Of a stretch of DNA of 64,000 nt, positions 36,201 to 51,232 are shown one piece after another. The notes beneath the pieces are model-generated. The model was not told the DNA's origin. It worked only from the letters and a program-made list of their open reading frames with translations, and did not search any database. Each line of letters begins with the position of its first letter. Within the stretch, counting starts at the first letter, position 1. The position numbers were made by a program, and so were the translations under genes. Source of the DNA: Heptranchias perlo (taxonomy: Eukaryota); assembly GCF_035084215.1 (NCBI RefSeq), contig NC_090359.1, positions 24,242,001 through 24,306,000 on the forward strand. Reading direction: 5' to 3'.

Positions 36201-39200
36201 CACACTCACACTCAGGGTTACTGAGAGCTCACACACTCAGCTCACATTCAGGGTTACTGGGAGCACACACTCTCAGCTCACACACACTCACACTCAGGGT
36301 TACTGAGAGCTCACACACTCAGCTCACACACACACACTCAGGGTTACTGAGAGCTCACACACTCAGCTCCCACACAATCGCACTCAGGGTTACTGAGAGC
36401 TCACACACTCAGCTCACAAACACTCACACTCAGGGTTACTGAGAGCTCACACACTCAGCTCACAAACACTCACACTCATGGTTACTGTGAGCTGACACAC
36501 TCAGCTCACAAACACTCATACTCAGGGTTACTGAGAGCTCACACACTCAGCTCACGCACACTCACACTCAGGGTTACTGAGAGCTCACACACTCAGCTCA
36601 CAAACACTCACACTCAGGGTTACTGAGAGCTCACACACTCAGCTCACAAACACTCACACTCATGGTTACTGTGAGCTGACACACTCAGCTCACAAACACT
36701 CATACTCAGGGTTACTGAGAGCTCACACACTCAGCTCACACACACTCACACTCAGGGTTACTGAGTGCTCACACACTCAGCTCACACACACTCACACTCA
36801 GGGTTACTGTGTCCTCACACACTCAGCTCACACACACTCACACTCAGGGTTACTGAGAGCTCTCACACTCAGCTCACACACACTCATACTCAGGGTTACT
36901 GAGTGCTCACACACTCATCTCCCACACACTCACACTCAGGGTTATTGCGTCCTCACACACTCAGCTCACAAACACTCACACTCAGGGTTACTGAGTGCTC
37001 ACACACTCAGCTCCCACACACTCACACTCAGGATTACTGGGAGCTCACACACTCTCACACTCGGGGTTACTGAGAGCTCACACCCTCAGCTCACTCACAC
37101 TCACACTCTGGGTTACTGAGAGCTCACACATTCTCACACTCAGGGTTACTGAGAGCTCACGCACTCAGCTCACGCACACACATACAGGGTTACTGAGCGC
37201 TCGCACACTCAGCTGCCTCACACTCACACTCAGGGTTATTTAGAGTTCACACACTTAGCTCACATTCAGGGTTACTGGGAGCTCACACACTCAGCTCACA
37301 CACGCTCACACTCAGGGTTACTGAGTGCTCACAACATCTCACACTCAGGGTTACTGAGAGCTTACACACTCAGCTCACACACACTCACACTCAGGGTTAC
37401 TGAGAGCTCACACACTCACCTCACAAACACTCACACTCAGGATTACTGAGTGCTCACACACTCAGCTCCCACACTCTCACACTCATGGTTACAGAGAGGT
37501 CACACTCTCACACTCAGGGTTACTGGGAGCACACACTCTCAGCTCACACACACTCACACTCAGGGTTACTGAGAGCTCACACACTCAGCTCACACACACA
37601 CACTCAGGGTTACTGAGAGCTCACACACTCAGCTCCCACACAATCGCACTCAGGGTTACTGAGAGCTCACACACTCAGCTCACAAACACTCACACTCAGG
37701 GTTACTGAGAGCTCACACACTCAGCTCACAAACACTCACACTTATGGTTACTGTGAGCTGACACACTCAGCTCACAAACACTCATACTCAGGGTTACTGA
37801 GAGCTCACACACTCAGCTCACACACACTCACACTCAGGGTTACTGAGAGCTCACACACTCAGCTCCCACACAATCGCACTCAGGGCTACTGAGAGCTCAC
37901 ACACTCAGCTCACAAACACTCACACTCAGGGTTACTGAGAGCTCACACACTCAGCTCACAAACACTCACACTCATGGTTACTGTGAGCTGACACACTCAG
38001 CTCACAAACACTCATACTCAGGGTTACTGAGAGCTCACACACTCAGCTCACACACACTCACACTCAGGGTTACTGAGTGCTCACACACTCAGCTCACACA
38101 CACTCACACTCAGGGTTACTGCGTCCTCACACACTCAGCTCACACACACTCACACTCAGGGTTACTGAGAGCTCTCACACTCAGCTCACACACACTCATA
38201 CTCAGGGTTACTGAGTGCTCACACACTCATCTCCCACACACTCACACTCAGGGTTACTGCGTCCTCACACACTCAGCTCACAAACACTCACACTCAGGGT
38301 TACTGAGTGCTCACACACTCAGCTCCCACACACTCACACTCAGGATTACTGGGAGCTCACACACTCTCACACTCGGGGTTACTGAGAGCTCACACCCTCA
38401 GCTCACTCACACTCACACTCTGGGTTACTGAGAGCTCACACATTCTCACACTCAGGGTTACTGAGAGCTCACGCACTCAGCTCACGCACACACATACAGG
38501 GTTACTGAGCGCTCGCACACTCAGCTGCCTCACACTCACACTCAGGGTTATTTAGAGTTCACACACTTAGCTCACATTCAGGGTTACTGGGAGCTCACAC
38601 ACTCAGCTCACACACGCTCACACTCAGGGTTACTGAGTGCTCACAACATCTCACACTCAGGGTTACTGAGAGCTTACACACTCAGCTCACACACACTCAC
38701 ACTCAGGGTTACTGTGCGCTCACACACTCAGCTCACAAACACTCACACTCAGGATTACTGAGTGCTCACACACTCAGCTCCCACACTCTCACACTCATGG
38801 TTACAGAGAGGTCACACTCTCACACTCAGGGTTACTGAGAGCTCGCACACTCAGCTCACTCACACTCACACTCAGGGTTACTGAGAGCTCACACACTCAG
38901 CTCACTCACACTCCTATTCAGGGTCACTGAGAGCTCACACACTCAGCTCACAAACACTCACACTCAGGGTTACTGAGAGCTCACACACTCAGCTCACACA
39001 CACACACTCAGGGTTACTGTGCGCTCACACACTCAGCTCACAAACACTCTAACTCAGGGTTACTGAGAGCTCACACACTCAGCTCACTCACACTCAGGGT
39101 GACTGAGAGCACATACACTCAGCTCACACACACTCACACTCAGGGTTACTGAGAGCTCACACTCTCAGCTCACACACACTCACACTCAGGGTTACTGAGA

Positions 39201-42200
39201 GCTCACACACTCAGCTCACATTCAGGGTTACTGGGAGCACACACTCTCAGCTCACACACACTCACACTCAGGGTTACTGAGAGCTCACACACTCAGCTCA
39301 CACACACACACTCAGGGTTACTGAGAGCTCACACACTCAGCTCCCACACAATCGCACTCAGGGTTACTGAGAGCTCACACACTCAGCTCACAAACACTCA
39401 CACTCAGGGTTACTGAGAGCTCACACACTCAGCTCACAAACACTCACACTCATGGTTACTGTGAGCTGACACACTCAGCTCACAAACACTCATACTCAGG
39501 GTTACTGAGAGCTCACACACTCAGCTCACACACACTCACACTCAGGGTTACTGAGTGCTCACACACTCAGCTCACACACACTCACACTCAGGGTTACTGC
39601 GTCCTCACACACTCAGCTCACACACACTCACACTCAGGGTTACTGAGAGCTCTCACACTCAGCTCACACACACTCATACTCAGGGTTACTGAGTGCTCAC
39701 ACACTCATCTCCCACACACTCACACTCAGGGTTACTGCGTCCTCACACACTCAGCTCACAAACACTCACACTCAGGGTTACTGAGTGCTCACACACTCAG
39801 CTCCCACACACTCACACTCAGGATTACTGGGAGCTCACACACTCTCACACTCGGGGTTACTGAGAGCTCACACCCTCAGCTCACTCACACTCACACTCTG
39901 GGTTACTGAGAGCTCACACATTCTCACACTCAGGGTTACTGAGAGCTCACGCACTCAGCTCACGCACACACATACAGGGTTACTGAGCGCTCGCACACTC
40001 AGCTGCCTCACACTCACACTCAGGGTTATTTAGAGTTCACACACTTAGCTCACATTCAGGGTTACTGGGAGCTCACACACTCAGCTCACACACGCTCACA
40101 CTCAGGGTTACTGAGTGCTCACAACATCTCACACTCAGGGTTACTGAGAGCTTACACACTCAGCTCACACACACTCACACTCAGGGTTACTGTGCGCTCA
40201 CACACTCAGCTCACAAACACTCACACTCAGGATTACTGAGTGCTCACACACTCAGCTCCCACACTCTCACACTCATGGTTACAGAGAGGTCACACTCTCA
40301 CACTCAGGGTTACTGAGAGCTCGCACACTCAGCTCACTCACACTCACACTCAGGGTTACTGAGAGCTCACACACTCAGCTCACTCACACTCCTATTCAGG
40401 GTCACTGAGAGCTCACACACTCAGCTCACAAACACTCACACTCAGGGTTACTGAGAGCTCACACACTCAGCTCACACACACACACTCAGGGTTACTGTGC
40501 GCTCACACACTCAGCTCACAAACACTCTAACTCAGGGTTACTGAGAGCTCACACACTCAGCTCACTCACACTCAGGGTGACTGAGAGCACATACACTCAG
40601 CTCACACACACTCACACTCAGGGTTACTGAGAGCTCACACTCTCAGCTCACACACACTCACACTCAGGGTTACTGAGAGCTCACACACTCAGCTCACATT
40701 CAGGGTTACTGGGAGCACACACTCTCAGCTCACACACACTCACACTCAGGGTTACTGAGAGCTCACACACTCAGCTCACACACACACACTCAGGGTTACT
40801 GAGAGCTCACACACTCAGCTCCCACACAATCGCACTCAGGGTTACTGAGAGCTCACACACTCAGCTCACAAACACTCACACTCAGGGTTACTGAGAGCTC
40901 ACACACTCAGCTCACAAACACTCACACTCATGGTTACTGTGAGCTGACACACTCAGCTCACAAACACTCATACTCAGGGTTACTGAGAGCTCACACACTC
41001 AGCTCACACACACTCACACTCAGGGTTACTGAGTGCTCACACACTCAGCTCACACACACTCACACTCAGGGTTACTGTGTCCTCACACACTCAGCTCACA
41101 CACACTCACACTCAGGGTTACTGAGAGCTCTCACACTCAGCTCACACACACTCATACTCAGGGTTACTGAGTGCTCACACACTCATCTCCCACACACTCA
41201 CACTCAGGGTTACTGCGTCCTCACACACTCAGCTCACAAACACTCACACTCAGGGTTACTGAGTGCTCACACACTCAGCTCCCACACACTCACACTCAGG
41301 ATTACTGGGAGCTCACACACTCTCACACTCGGGGTTACTGAGAGCTCACACCCTCAGCTCACTCACACTCACACTCTGGGTTACTGAGAGCTCACACATT
41401 CTCACACTCAGGGTTACTGAGAGCTCACGCACTCAGCTCACGCACACACATACAGGGTTACTGAGCGCTCGCACACTCAGCTGCCTCACACTCACACTCA
41501 GGGTTATTTAGAGTTCACACACTTAGCTCACATTCAGGGTTACTGGGAGCTCACACACTCAGCTCACACACGCTCACACTCAGGGTTACTGAGTGCTCAC
41601 AACATCTCACACTCAGGGTTACTGAGAGCTTACACACTCAGCTCACACACACTCACACTCAGGGTTACTGAGAGCTCACACACTCACCTCACAAACACTC
41701 ACACTCAGGATTACTGAGTGCTCACACACTCAGCTCCCACACTCTCACACTCATGGTTGCAGAGAGGTCACACTCTCACACTCAGGGTTACTGGGAGCAC
41801 ACACTCTCAGCTCACACACACTCACACTCAGGGTTACTGAGAGCTCACACACTCAGCTCACACACACACACTCAGGGTTACTGAGAGCTCACACACTCAG
41901 CTCCCACACAATCGCACTCAGGGTTACTGAGAGCTCACACACTCAGCTCACAAACACTCACACTCAGGGTTACTGAGAGCTCACACACTCAGCTCACAAA
42001 CACTCACACTTATGGTTACTGTGAGCTGACACACTCAGCTCACAAACACTCATACTCAGGGTTACTGAGAGCTCACACACTCAGCTCACACACACTCACA
42101 CTCAGGGTTACTGAGAGCTCACACACTCAGCTCCCACACAATCGCACTCAGGGCTACTGAGAGCTCACACACTCAGCTCACAAACACTCACACTCAGGGT

Positions 42201-45200
42201 TACTGAGAGCTCACACACTCAGCTCACAAACACTCACACTCATGGTTACTGTGAGCTGACACACTCAGCTCACAAACACTCATACTCAGGGTTACTGAGA
42301 GCTCACACACTCAGCTCACACACACTCACACTCAGGGTTACTGAGTGCTCACACACTCAGCTCACACACACTCACACTCAGGGTTACTGCGTCCTCACAC
42401 ACTCAGCTCACACACACTCACACTCAGGGTTACTGAGAGCTCTCACACTCAGCTCACACACACTCATACTCAGGGTTACTGAGTGCTCACACACTCATCT
42501 CCCACACACTCACACTCAGGGTTACTGCGTCCTCACACACTCAGCTCACAAACACTCACACTCAGGGTTACTGAGTGCTCACACACTCAGCTCCCACACA
42601 CTCACACTCAGGATTACTGGGAGCTCACACACTCTCACACTCGGGGTTACTGAGAGCTCACACCCTCAGCTCACTCACACTCACACTCTGGGTTACTGAG
42701 AGCTCACACATTCTCACACTCAGGGTTACTGAGAGCTCACGCACTCAGCTCACGCACACACATACAGGGTTACTGAGCGCTCGCACACTCAGCTGCCTCA
42801 CACTCACACTCAGGGTTATTTAGAGTTCACACACTTAGCTCACATTCAGGGTTACTGGGAGCTCACACACTCAGCTCACACACGCTCACACTCAGGGTTA
42901 CTGAGTGCTCACAACATCTCACACTCAGGGTTACTGAGAGCTTACACACTCAGCTCACACACACTCACACTCAGGGTTACTGTGCGCTCACACACTCAGC
43001 TCACAAACACTCACACTCAGGATTACTGAGTGCTCACACACTCAGCTCCCACACTCTCACACTCATGGTTACAGAGAGGTCACACTCTCACACTCAGGGT
43101 TACTGAGATCTCGCACACTCAGCTCACTCACACTCACACTCGGGGTTACTGAGAGCTCACACACTCAGCTCACTCACACTCCTATTCAGGGTCACTGAGA
43201 GCTCACACACTCAGCTCACAAACACTCACACTCAGGGTTACTGAGAGCTCACACACTCAGCTCACACACACACACTCAGGGTTACTGTGCGCTCACACAC
43301 TCAGCTCACAAACACTCACACTCAGGGTTACTGAGAGCTCACACACTCAGCTCACTCACACTCAGGGTGACTGAGAGCACATACACTCAGCTCACACACA
43401 CTCACACTCAGGGTTACTGAGAGCTCACACTCTCAGCTCACACACACTCACACTCAGGGTTACTGAGAGCTCACACACTCAGCTCACATTCAGGGTTACT
43501 GGGAGCACACACTCTCAGCTCACACACACTCACACTCAGGGTTACTGAGAGCTCACACACTCAGCTCACACACACACACTCAGGGTTACTGAGAGCTCAC
43601 ACACTCAGCTCCAACACAATCGCACTCAGGGTTACTGAGAGCTCACACACTCAGCTCACAAACACTCACACTCAGGGTTACTGAGAGCTCACACACTCAG
43701 CTCACACACACACACTCAGGGTTACTGTGCGCTCACACACTCAGCTCACAAACACTCTAACTCAGGGTTACTGAGAGCTCACACACTCAGCTCACTCACA
43801 CTCAGGGTGACTGAGAGCACATACACTCAGCTCACACACACTCACACTCAGGGTTACTGAGAGCTCACACTCTCAGCTCACACACACTCACACTCAGGGT
43901 TACTGAGAGCTCACACACTCAGCTCACATTCAGGGTTACTGGGAGCACACACTCTCAGCTCACACACACTCACACTCAGGGTTACTGAGAGCTCACACAC
44001 TCAGCTCACACACACACACTCAGGGTTACTGAGAGCTCACACACTCAGCTCCCACACAATCGCACTCAGGGTTACTGAGAGCTCACACACTCAGCTCACA
44101 AACACTCACACTCAGGGTTACTGAGAGCTCACACACTCAGCTCACAAACACTCACACTCATGGTTACTGTGAGCTGACACACTCAGCTCACAAACACTCA
44201 TACTCAGGGTTACTGAGAGCTCACACACTCAGCTCACACACACTCACACTCAGGGTTACTGAGTGCTCACACACTCAGCTCACACACACTCACACTCAGG
44301 GTTACTGTGTCCTCACACACTCAGCTCACACACACTCACACTCAGGGTTACTGAGAGCTCTCACACTCAGCTCACACACACTCATACTCAGGGTTACTGA
44401 GTGCTCACACACTCATCTCCCACACACTCACACTCAGGGTTACTGCGTCCTCACACACTCAGCTCACAAACACTCACACTCAGGGTTACTGAGTGCTCAC
44501 ACACTCAGCTCCCACACACTCACACTCAGGATTACTGGGAGCTCACACACTCTCACACTCGGGGTTACTGAGAGCTCACACCCTCAGCTCACTCACACTC
44601 ACACTCTGGGTTACTGAGAGCTCACACATTCTCACACTCAGGGTTACTGAGAGCTCACGCACTCAGCTCACGCACACACATACAGGGTTACTGAGCGCTC
44701 GCACACTCAGCTGCCTCACACTCACACTCAGGGTTATTTAGAGTTCACACACTTAGCTCACATTCAGGGTTACTGGGAGCTCACACACTCAGCTCACACA
44801 CGCTCACACTCAGGGTTACTGAGTGCTCACAACATCTCACACTCAGGGTTACTGAGAGCTTACACACTCAGCTCACACACACTCACACTCAGGGTTACTG
44901 AGAGCTCACACACTCACCTCACAAACACTCACACTCAGGATTACTGAGTGCTCACACACTCAGCTCCCACACTCTCACACTCATGGTTGCAGAGAGGTCA
45001 CACTCTCACACTCAGGGTTACTGGGAGCACACACTCTCAGCTCACACACACTCACACTCAGGGTTACTGAGAGCTCACACACTCAGCTCACACACACACA
45101 CTCAGGGTTACTGAGAGCTCACACACTCAGCTCCCACACAATCGCACTCAGGGTTACTGAGAGCTCACACACTCAGCTCACAAACACTCACACTCAGGGT

Positions 45201-48200
45201 TACTGAGAGCTCACACACTCAGCTCACAAACACTCACACTTATGGTTACTGTGAGCTGACACACTCAGCTCACAAACACTCATACTCAGGGTTACTGAGA
45301 GCTCACACACTCAGCTCACACACACTCACACTCAGGGTTACTGAGAGCTCACACACTCAGCTCCCACACAATCGCACTCAGGGCTACTGAGAGCTCACAC
45401 ACTCAGCTCACAAACACTCACACTCAGGGTTACTGAGAGCTCACACACTCAGCTCACAAACACTCACACTCATGGTTACTGTGAGCTGACACACTCAGCT
45501 CACAAACACTCATACTCAGGGTTACTGAGAGCTCACACACTCAGCTCACACACACTCACACTCAGGGTTACTGAGTGCTCACACACTCAGCTCACACACA
45601 CTCACACTCAGGGTTACTGCGTCCTCACACACTCAGCTCACACACACTCACACTCAGGGTTACTGAGAGCTCTCACACTCAGCTCACACACACTCATACT
45701 CAGGGTTACTGAGTGCTCACACACTCATCTCCCACACACTCACACTCAGGGTTACTGCGTCCTCACACACTCAGCTCACAAACACTCACACTCAGGGTTA
45801 CTGAGTGCTCACACACTCAGCTCCCACACACTCACACTCAGGATTACTGGGAGCTCACACACTCTCACACTCGGGGTTACTGAGAGCTCACACCCTCAGC
45901 TCACTCACACTCACACTCTGGGTTACTGAGAGCTCACACATTCTCACACTCAGGGTTACTGAGAGCTCACGCACTCAGCTCACGCACACACATACAGGGT
46001 TACTGAGCGCTCGCACACTCAGCTGCCTCACACTCACACTCAGGGTTATTTAGAGTTCACACACTTAGCTCACATTCAGGGTTACTGGGAGCTCACACAC
46101 TCAGCTCACACACGCTCACACTCAGGGTTACTGAGTGCTCACAACATCTCACACTCAGGGTTACTGAGAGCTTACACACTCAGCTCACACACACTCACAC
46201 TCAGGGTTACTGTGCGCTCACACACTCAGCTCACAAACACTCACACTCAGGATTACTGAGTGCTCACACACTCAGCTCCCACACTCTCACACTCATGGTT
46301 ACAGAGAGGTCACACTCTCACACTCAGGGTTACTGAGATCTCGCACACTCAGCTCACTCACACTCACACTCGGGGTTACTGAGAGCTCACACACTCAGCT
46401 CACTCACACTCCTATTCAGGGTCACTGAGAGCTCACACACTCAGCTCACAAACACTCACACTCAGGGTTACTGAGAGCTCACACACTCAGCTCACACACA
46501 CACACTCAGGGTTACTGTGCGCTCACACACTCAGCTCACAAACACTCACACTCAGGGTTACTGAGAGCTCACACACTCAGCTCACTCACACTCAGGGTGA
46601 CTGAGAGCACATACACTCAGCTCACACACACTCACACTCAGGGTTACTGAGAGCTCACACTCTCAGCTCACACACACTCACACTCAGGGTTACTGAGAGC
46701 TCACACACTCAGCTCACATTCAGGGTTACTGGGAGCACACACTCTCAGCTCACACACACTCACACTCAGGGTTACTGAGAGCTCACACACTCAGCTCACA
46801 CACACACACTCAGGGTTACTGAGAGCTCACACACTCAGCTCCAACACAATCGCACTCAGGGTTACTGAGAGCTCACACACTCAGCTCACAAACACTCACA
46901 CTCAGGGTTACTGAGAGCTCACACACTCAGCTCACAAACACTCACACTCATGGTTACTGTGAGCTGACACACTCAGCTCACAAACACTCATACTCAGGGT
47001 TACTGAGAGCTCACACACTCAGCTCACGCACACTCACACTCAGGGTTACTGAGAGCTCACACACTCAGCTCACAAACACTCACACTCAGGGTTACTGAGA
47101 GCTTACACACTCAGCTCACAAACACTCACACTCATGGTTACTGTGAGCTGACACACTCAGCTCACAAACACTCATACTCAGGGTTACTGAGAGCTCACAC
47201 ACTCAGCTCACACACACTCACACTCAGGGTTACTGAGTGCTCACACACTCAGCTCACACACACTCACACTCAGGGTTACTGTGTCCTCACACACTCAGCT
47301 CACACACACTCACACTCAGGGTTACTGAGAGCTCTCACACTCAGCTCACACACACTCATACTCAGGGTTACTGAGTGCTCACACACTCATCTCCCACACA
47401 CTCACACTCAGGGTTACTGCGTCCTCACACACTCAGCTCACAAACACTCACACTCAGGGTTACTGAGTGCTCACACACTCAGCTCCCACACACTCACACT
47501 CAGGATTACTGGGAGCTCACACATTCTCACACTCGGGGTTACTGAGAGCTCACACCCTCAGCTCACTCACACTCACACTCTGGGTTACTGAGAGCTCACA
47601 CATTCTCACACTCAGGGTTACTGAGAGCTCACGCACTCAGCTCACGCACACACATACAGGGTTACTGAGCGCTCGCACACTCAGCTGCCTCACACTCACA
47701 CTCAGGGTTATTTAGAGTTCACACACTTAGCTCACATTCAGGGTTACTGGGAGCTCACACACTCAGCTCACACACGCTCACACTCAGGGTTACTGAGTGC
47801 TCACAACATCTCACACTCAGGGTTACTGAGAGCTTACACACTCAGCTCACACACACTCACACTCAGGGTTACTGTGCGCTCACACACTCAGCTCACAAAC
47901 ACTCACACTCAGGGTTACTGAGAGCTCGCACACTCAGCTCACTCACACTCACACTCAGGGTTACTGAGAGCTCACACACTCAGCTCACTCACACTCCTAT
48001 TCAGGGTCACTGAGAGCTCACACACTCAGCTCACAAACACTCACACTCAGGGTTACTGAGAGCTCACACACTCAGCTCACACACACACACTCAGGGTTAC
48101 TGTGCGCTCACACACTCAGCTCACAAACACTCACACTCAGGGTTACTGAGAGCTCACACACTCAGCTCACTCACACTCAGGGTGACTGAGAGCACATACA

Positions 48201-50055
48201 CTCAGCTCACACACACTCACACTCAGGGTTACTGAGAGCTCACACTCTCAGCTCACACACACTCACACTCAGGGTTACTGAGAGCTCACACACTCAGCTC
48301 ACATTCAGGGTTACTGGGAGCACACACTCTCAGCTCACACACACTCACACTCAGGGTTACTGAGAGCTCACACACTCAGCTCACACACACACACTCAGGG
48401 TTACTGAGAGCTCACACACTCAGCTCCAACACAATCGCACTCAGGGTTACTGAGAGCTCACACACTCAGCTCACAAACACTCACACTCAGGGTTACTGAG
48501 AGCTCACACACTCAGCTCACAAACACTCACACTCATGGTTACTGTGAGCTGACACACTCAGCTCACAAACACTCATACTCAGTGTTACTGAGAGCTCACA
48601 CACTCAGCTCACGCACACTCACACTCAGGGTTACTGAGAGCTCACACACTCAGCTCACAAACACTCACACTCAGGGTTACTGAGAGCTCACACACTCAGC
48701 TCACAAACACTCACACTCATGGTTACTGTGAGCTGACACACTCAGCTCACAAACACTCATACTCAGGGTTACTGAGAGCTCACACACTCAGCTCACACAC
48801 ACTCACACTCAGGGTTACTGAGTGCTCACACACTCAGCTCACACACACTCACACTCAGGGTTACTGTGTCCTCACACACTCAGCTCACACACACTCACAC
48901 TCAGGGTTACTGAGAGCTCTCACACTCAGCTCACACACACTCATACTCGGGGTTACTGAGTGCTCACACACTCATCTCCCACACACTCACACTCAGGGTT
49001 ACTGCGTCCTCACACACTCAGCTCACAAACACTCACACTCAGGGTTACTGAGTGCTCACACACTCAGCTCCCACACACTCACACTCAGGATTACTGGGAG
49101 CTCACACATTCTCACACTCGGGGTTACTGAGAGCTCACACCCTCAGCTCACTCACACTCACACTCTGGGTTACTGAGAGCTCACACATTCTCACACTCAG
49201 GGTTACTGAGAGCTCACGCACTCAGCTCACGCACACACATACAGGGTTACTGAGCGCTCGCACACTCAGCTGCCTCACACTCACACTCAGGGTTATTTAG
49301 AGTTCACACACTTAGCTCACATTCAGGGTTACTGGGAGCTCACACACTCAGCTCACACACGCTCACACTCAGGGTTACTGAGTGCTCACAACATCTCACA
49401 CTCAGGGTTACTGAGAGCTTACACACTCAGCTCACACACACTCACACTCAGGGTTACTGAGAGCTCACACACTCACCTCACAAACACTCACACTCAGGAT
49501 TACTGAGTGCTCACACACTCAGCTCCCACACTCTCACACTCATGGTTACAGAGAGGTCACACTCTCACACTCAGGGTTACTGAGAGCTCGCACACTCAGC
49601 TCACTCACACTCGTACTCAGGGTTACTGAGAGCTCACACACTGAGCTCTCACACACTCACACTCAGGGTTACTGAGAGTACACACACTCAGCTCTCACAC
49701 ACTCGTACTGAGGGTTACTGAGAGCTCACACACTCATCTCTCACACACTCACACTCAGGGTTACTGAGAGCTCACACACTTAGCTCTCACACACTCACAC
49801 TCAGGGTTACTGAGAGCTCACACACTCAGCTCTCACACACTCACACTCAGGGTTACTGAGAGCTCACACACTCAGCTCTCACACACTCACACTCAGGGTT
49901 ACTGAGAGCTCACACACTCAGCTCTCACACACTCACACTCAGGGTTACTGAGAGCTCACACACTCAGCTCTCACACACTCACACTCAGGGTTATTGAGAG
50001 CTCACACACTCAGCTCTCACACACTCACACTCAGGGTTACTGAGAGCTCACACAC
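30259..50055. repeat. ~19.8-kb satellite, ~46-bp monomer with 1.3-1.9-kb higher-order repeats
   Basis: Monomer cagggttactgagagctcacacactcagctcacacacactcacact with shorter variants; a near-identical 249-bp variant block recurs 11 times between 33713 and 49052. Confidence 0.97.
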
Positions 50056-50099
50056 GTTGCTCCATGAGATGGATAGAAAAGTAAAAGAAAAAGTAAAAA

Positions 50100-50420
50100 A
50101 GGAAAGACTTTCACAACCTCAGGACGTCCTAAAACGCTTTACAGCCAATGAAGTACTTTTGAAGTGTAGTTACTGTTGTGATGTAGGAAACGTGGCAACC
50201 AATTTACGCACAGCAAGATCCCACAAACAGCAATGAGATAAATGACCAGATAATCCGTCTTAGTGATGTTTGTTGAGGGATAAATATCGGCCCAGGACAC
50301 CGGGGAGAACTCCCCCTGCTCTTCTTCGAAATAGTGGCCGTGGGATCTTTTACGTCCACCTGAGAGGGCAGATGGGGGCCTCGGTTTAACGTCTCATCCG
50401 AAAGACGGCACCTCCCGACT
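50100..50420 (-). mobile_element. DeuSINE (SacSINE1-like)
   Basis: Reverse complement of the Deu domain and tail (tgggatcttttacgtccacctgagaggg..cctcggtttaacgtctcatccgaaagacggcacctcc). Confidence 0.88.
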
Positions 50421-50741
50421 GCAGCGGTGGCAAGGGAACGGAGTTAATGGCCGGGGGCTGAAGTCGACGGATCCGGCCTTCCCAATATTTAACAGGAGGA
50501 AATTGTGAGTGGATATCGGGCGAGCAGTCTGACAACACAGCGGGGTCAAGAGAGGTGGTGGGAGAGATAGCAATGGGGGGGCCATCAGTGTGGAAGCTCT
50601 TTTGGGGTTTATCTCGGCCTTTTTAAGAGTGTCTCGGCAATTTGATTTGGGCCTGTTTCAGCTATTTTGGGGTTCACGTTGGCAGTCACCCCCTCTCTAG
50701 GCTGGCGCCTGCTCGGCAGTCGTTCAGCTGGCACCTTCAGG

Positions 50742-51112
50742 CAGGGGTTGCCAACTCTGGTTGGCCGTATTCCAGGAGGTTTCATCACGTGACCTCCTGC
50801 CTCCGACTGCCCCGAGACTCCCGCTGTTGGTTGCCCGAAACATCCTTCCTCCTGGCGTCCTGCCTACCCACAGCCAATTGGAAGGCGAAAAGACCCTTCA
50901 ATTACCCAATTGGATGACTCGTGACTGTCAGTCAAACAGCCTTTTATCCCCATCTCCAAATATTTTTATAATTTGCGCGCAAAGAAAATGAAAAACATTT
51001 TTTTCCCCCATTGAATGACCCAATGCTTTTTCTCTCCCTGTGTTGTTCGCACCAGATATCAAGCTTCAATTTCTGGAGACTTCAGGCCAATCCTGGAGGG
51101 TTGGGAACCCTA
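50742..51112 (+). mobile_element. hAT-type MITE, copy 2, with 8-bp target-site duplication
   Basis: TIRs caggggttgccaac ... gttgggaacccta; flanking direct repeat ccttcagg at 50734-50741 and 51113-51120. Confidence 0.85.
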
Positions 51113-51168
51113 CCTTCAGGAAGGCGATCGCAGACGAAGGAGTGTGTAAATCTGATGGAAACACTTAC

Positions 51169-51232
51169 TCTTTGCCGAGGTGAGAGTGACTATCATCAGT
51201 AGCACAAGCAACAAGACCCTCCCGACAGCCAT
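51169..51232 (-). CDS. Signal-peptide exon of gene C (full exon 51169-51254 including 5' UTR)
   Basis: Acceptor gtgtttttccgacag|, good Kozak gaactATGG, MAVGRVLLLVLLMIVTLTSAK plus a phase-1 donor A|gtaagt, compatible with the V exon at 30242. Confidence 0.82.

Noticed and set aside
30259-50055. Regular repeats as a CRISPR array, or the recurring 82-aa ORF as a gene family
   Set aside because: No unique spacers, no cas genes, eukaryotic context; the ORF is only a marker of the higher-order repeat
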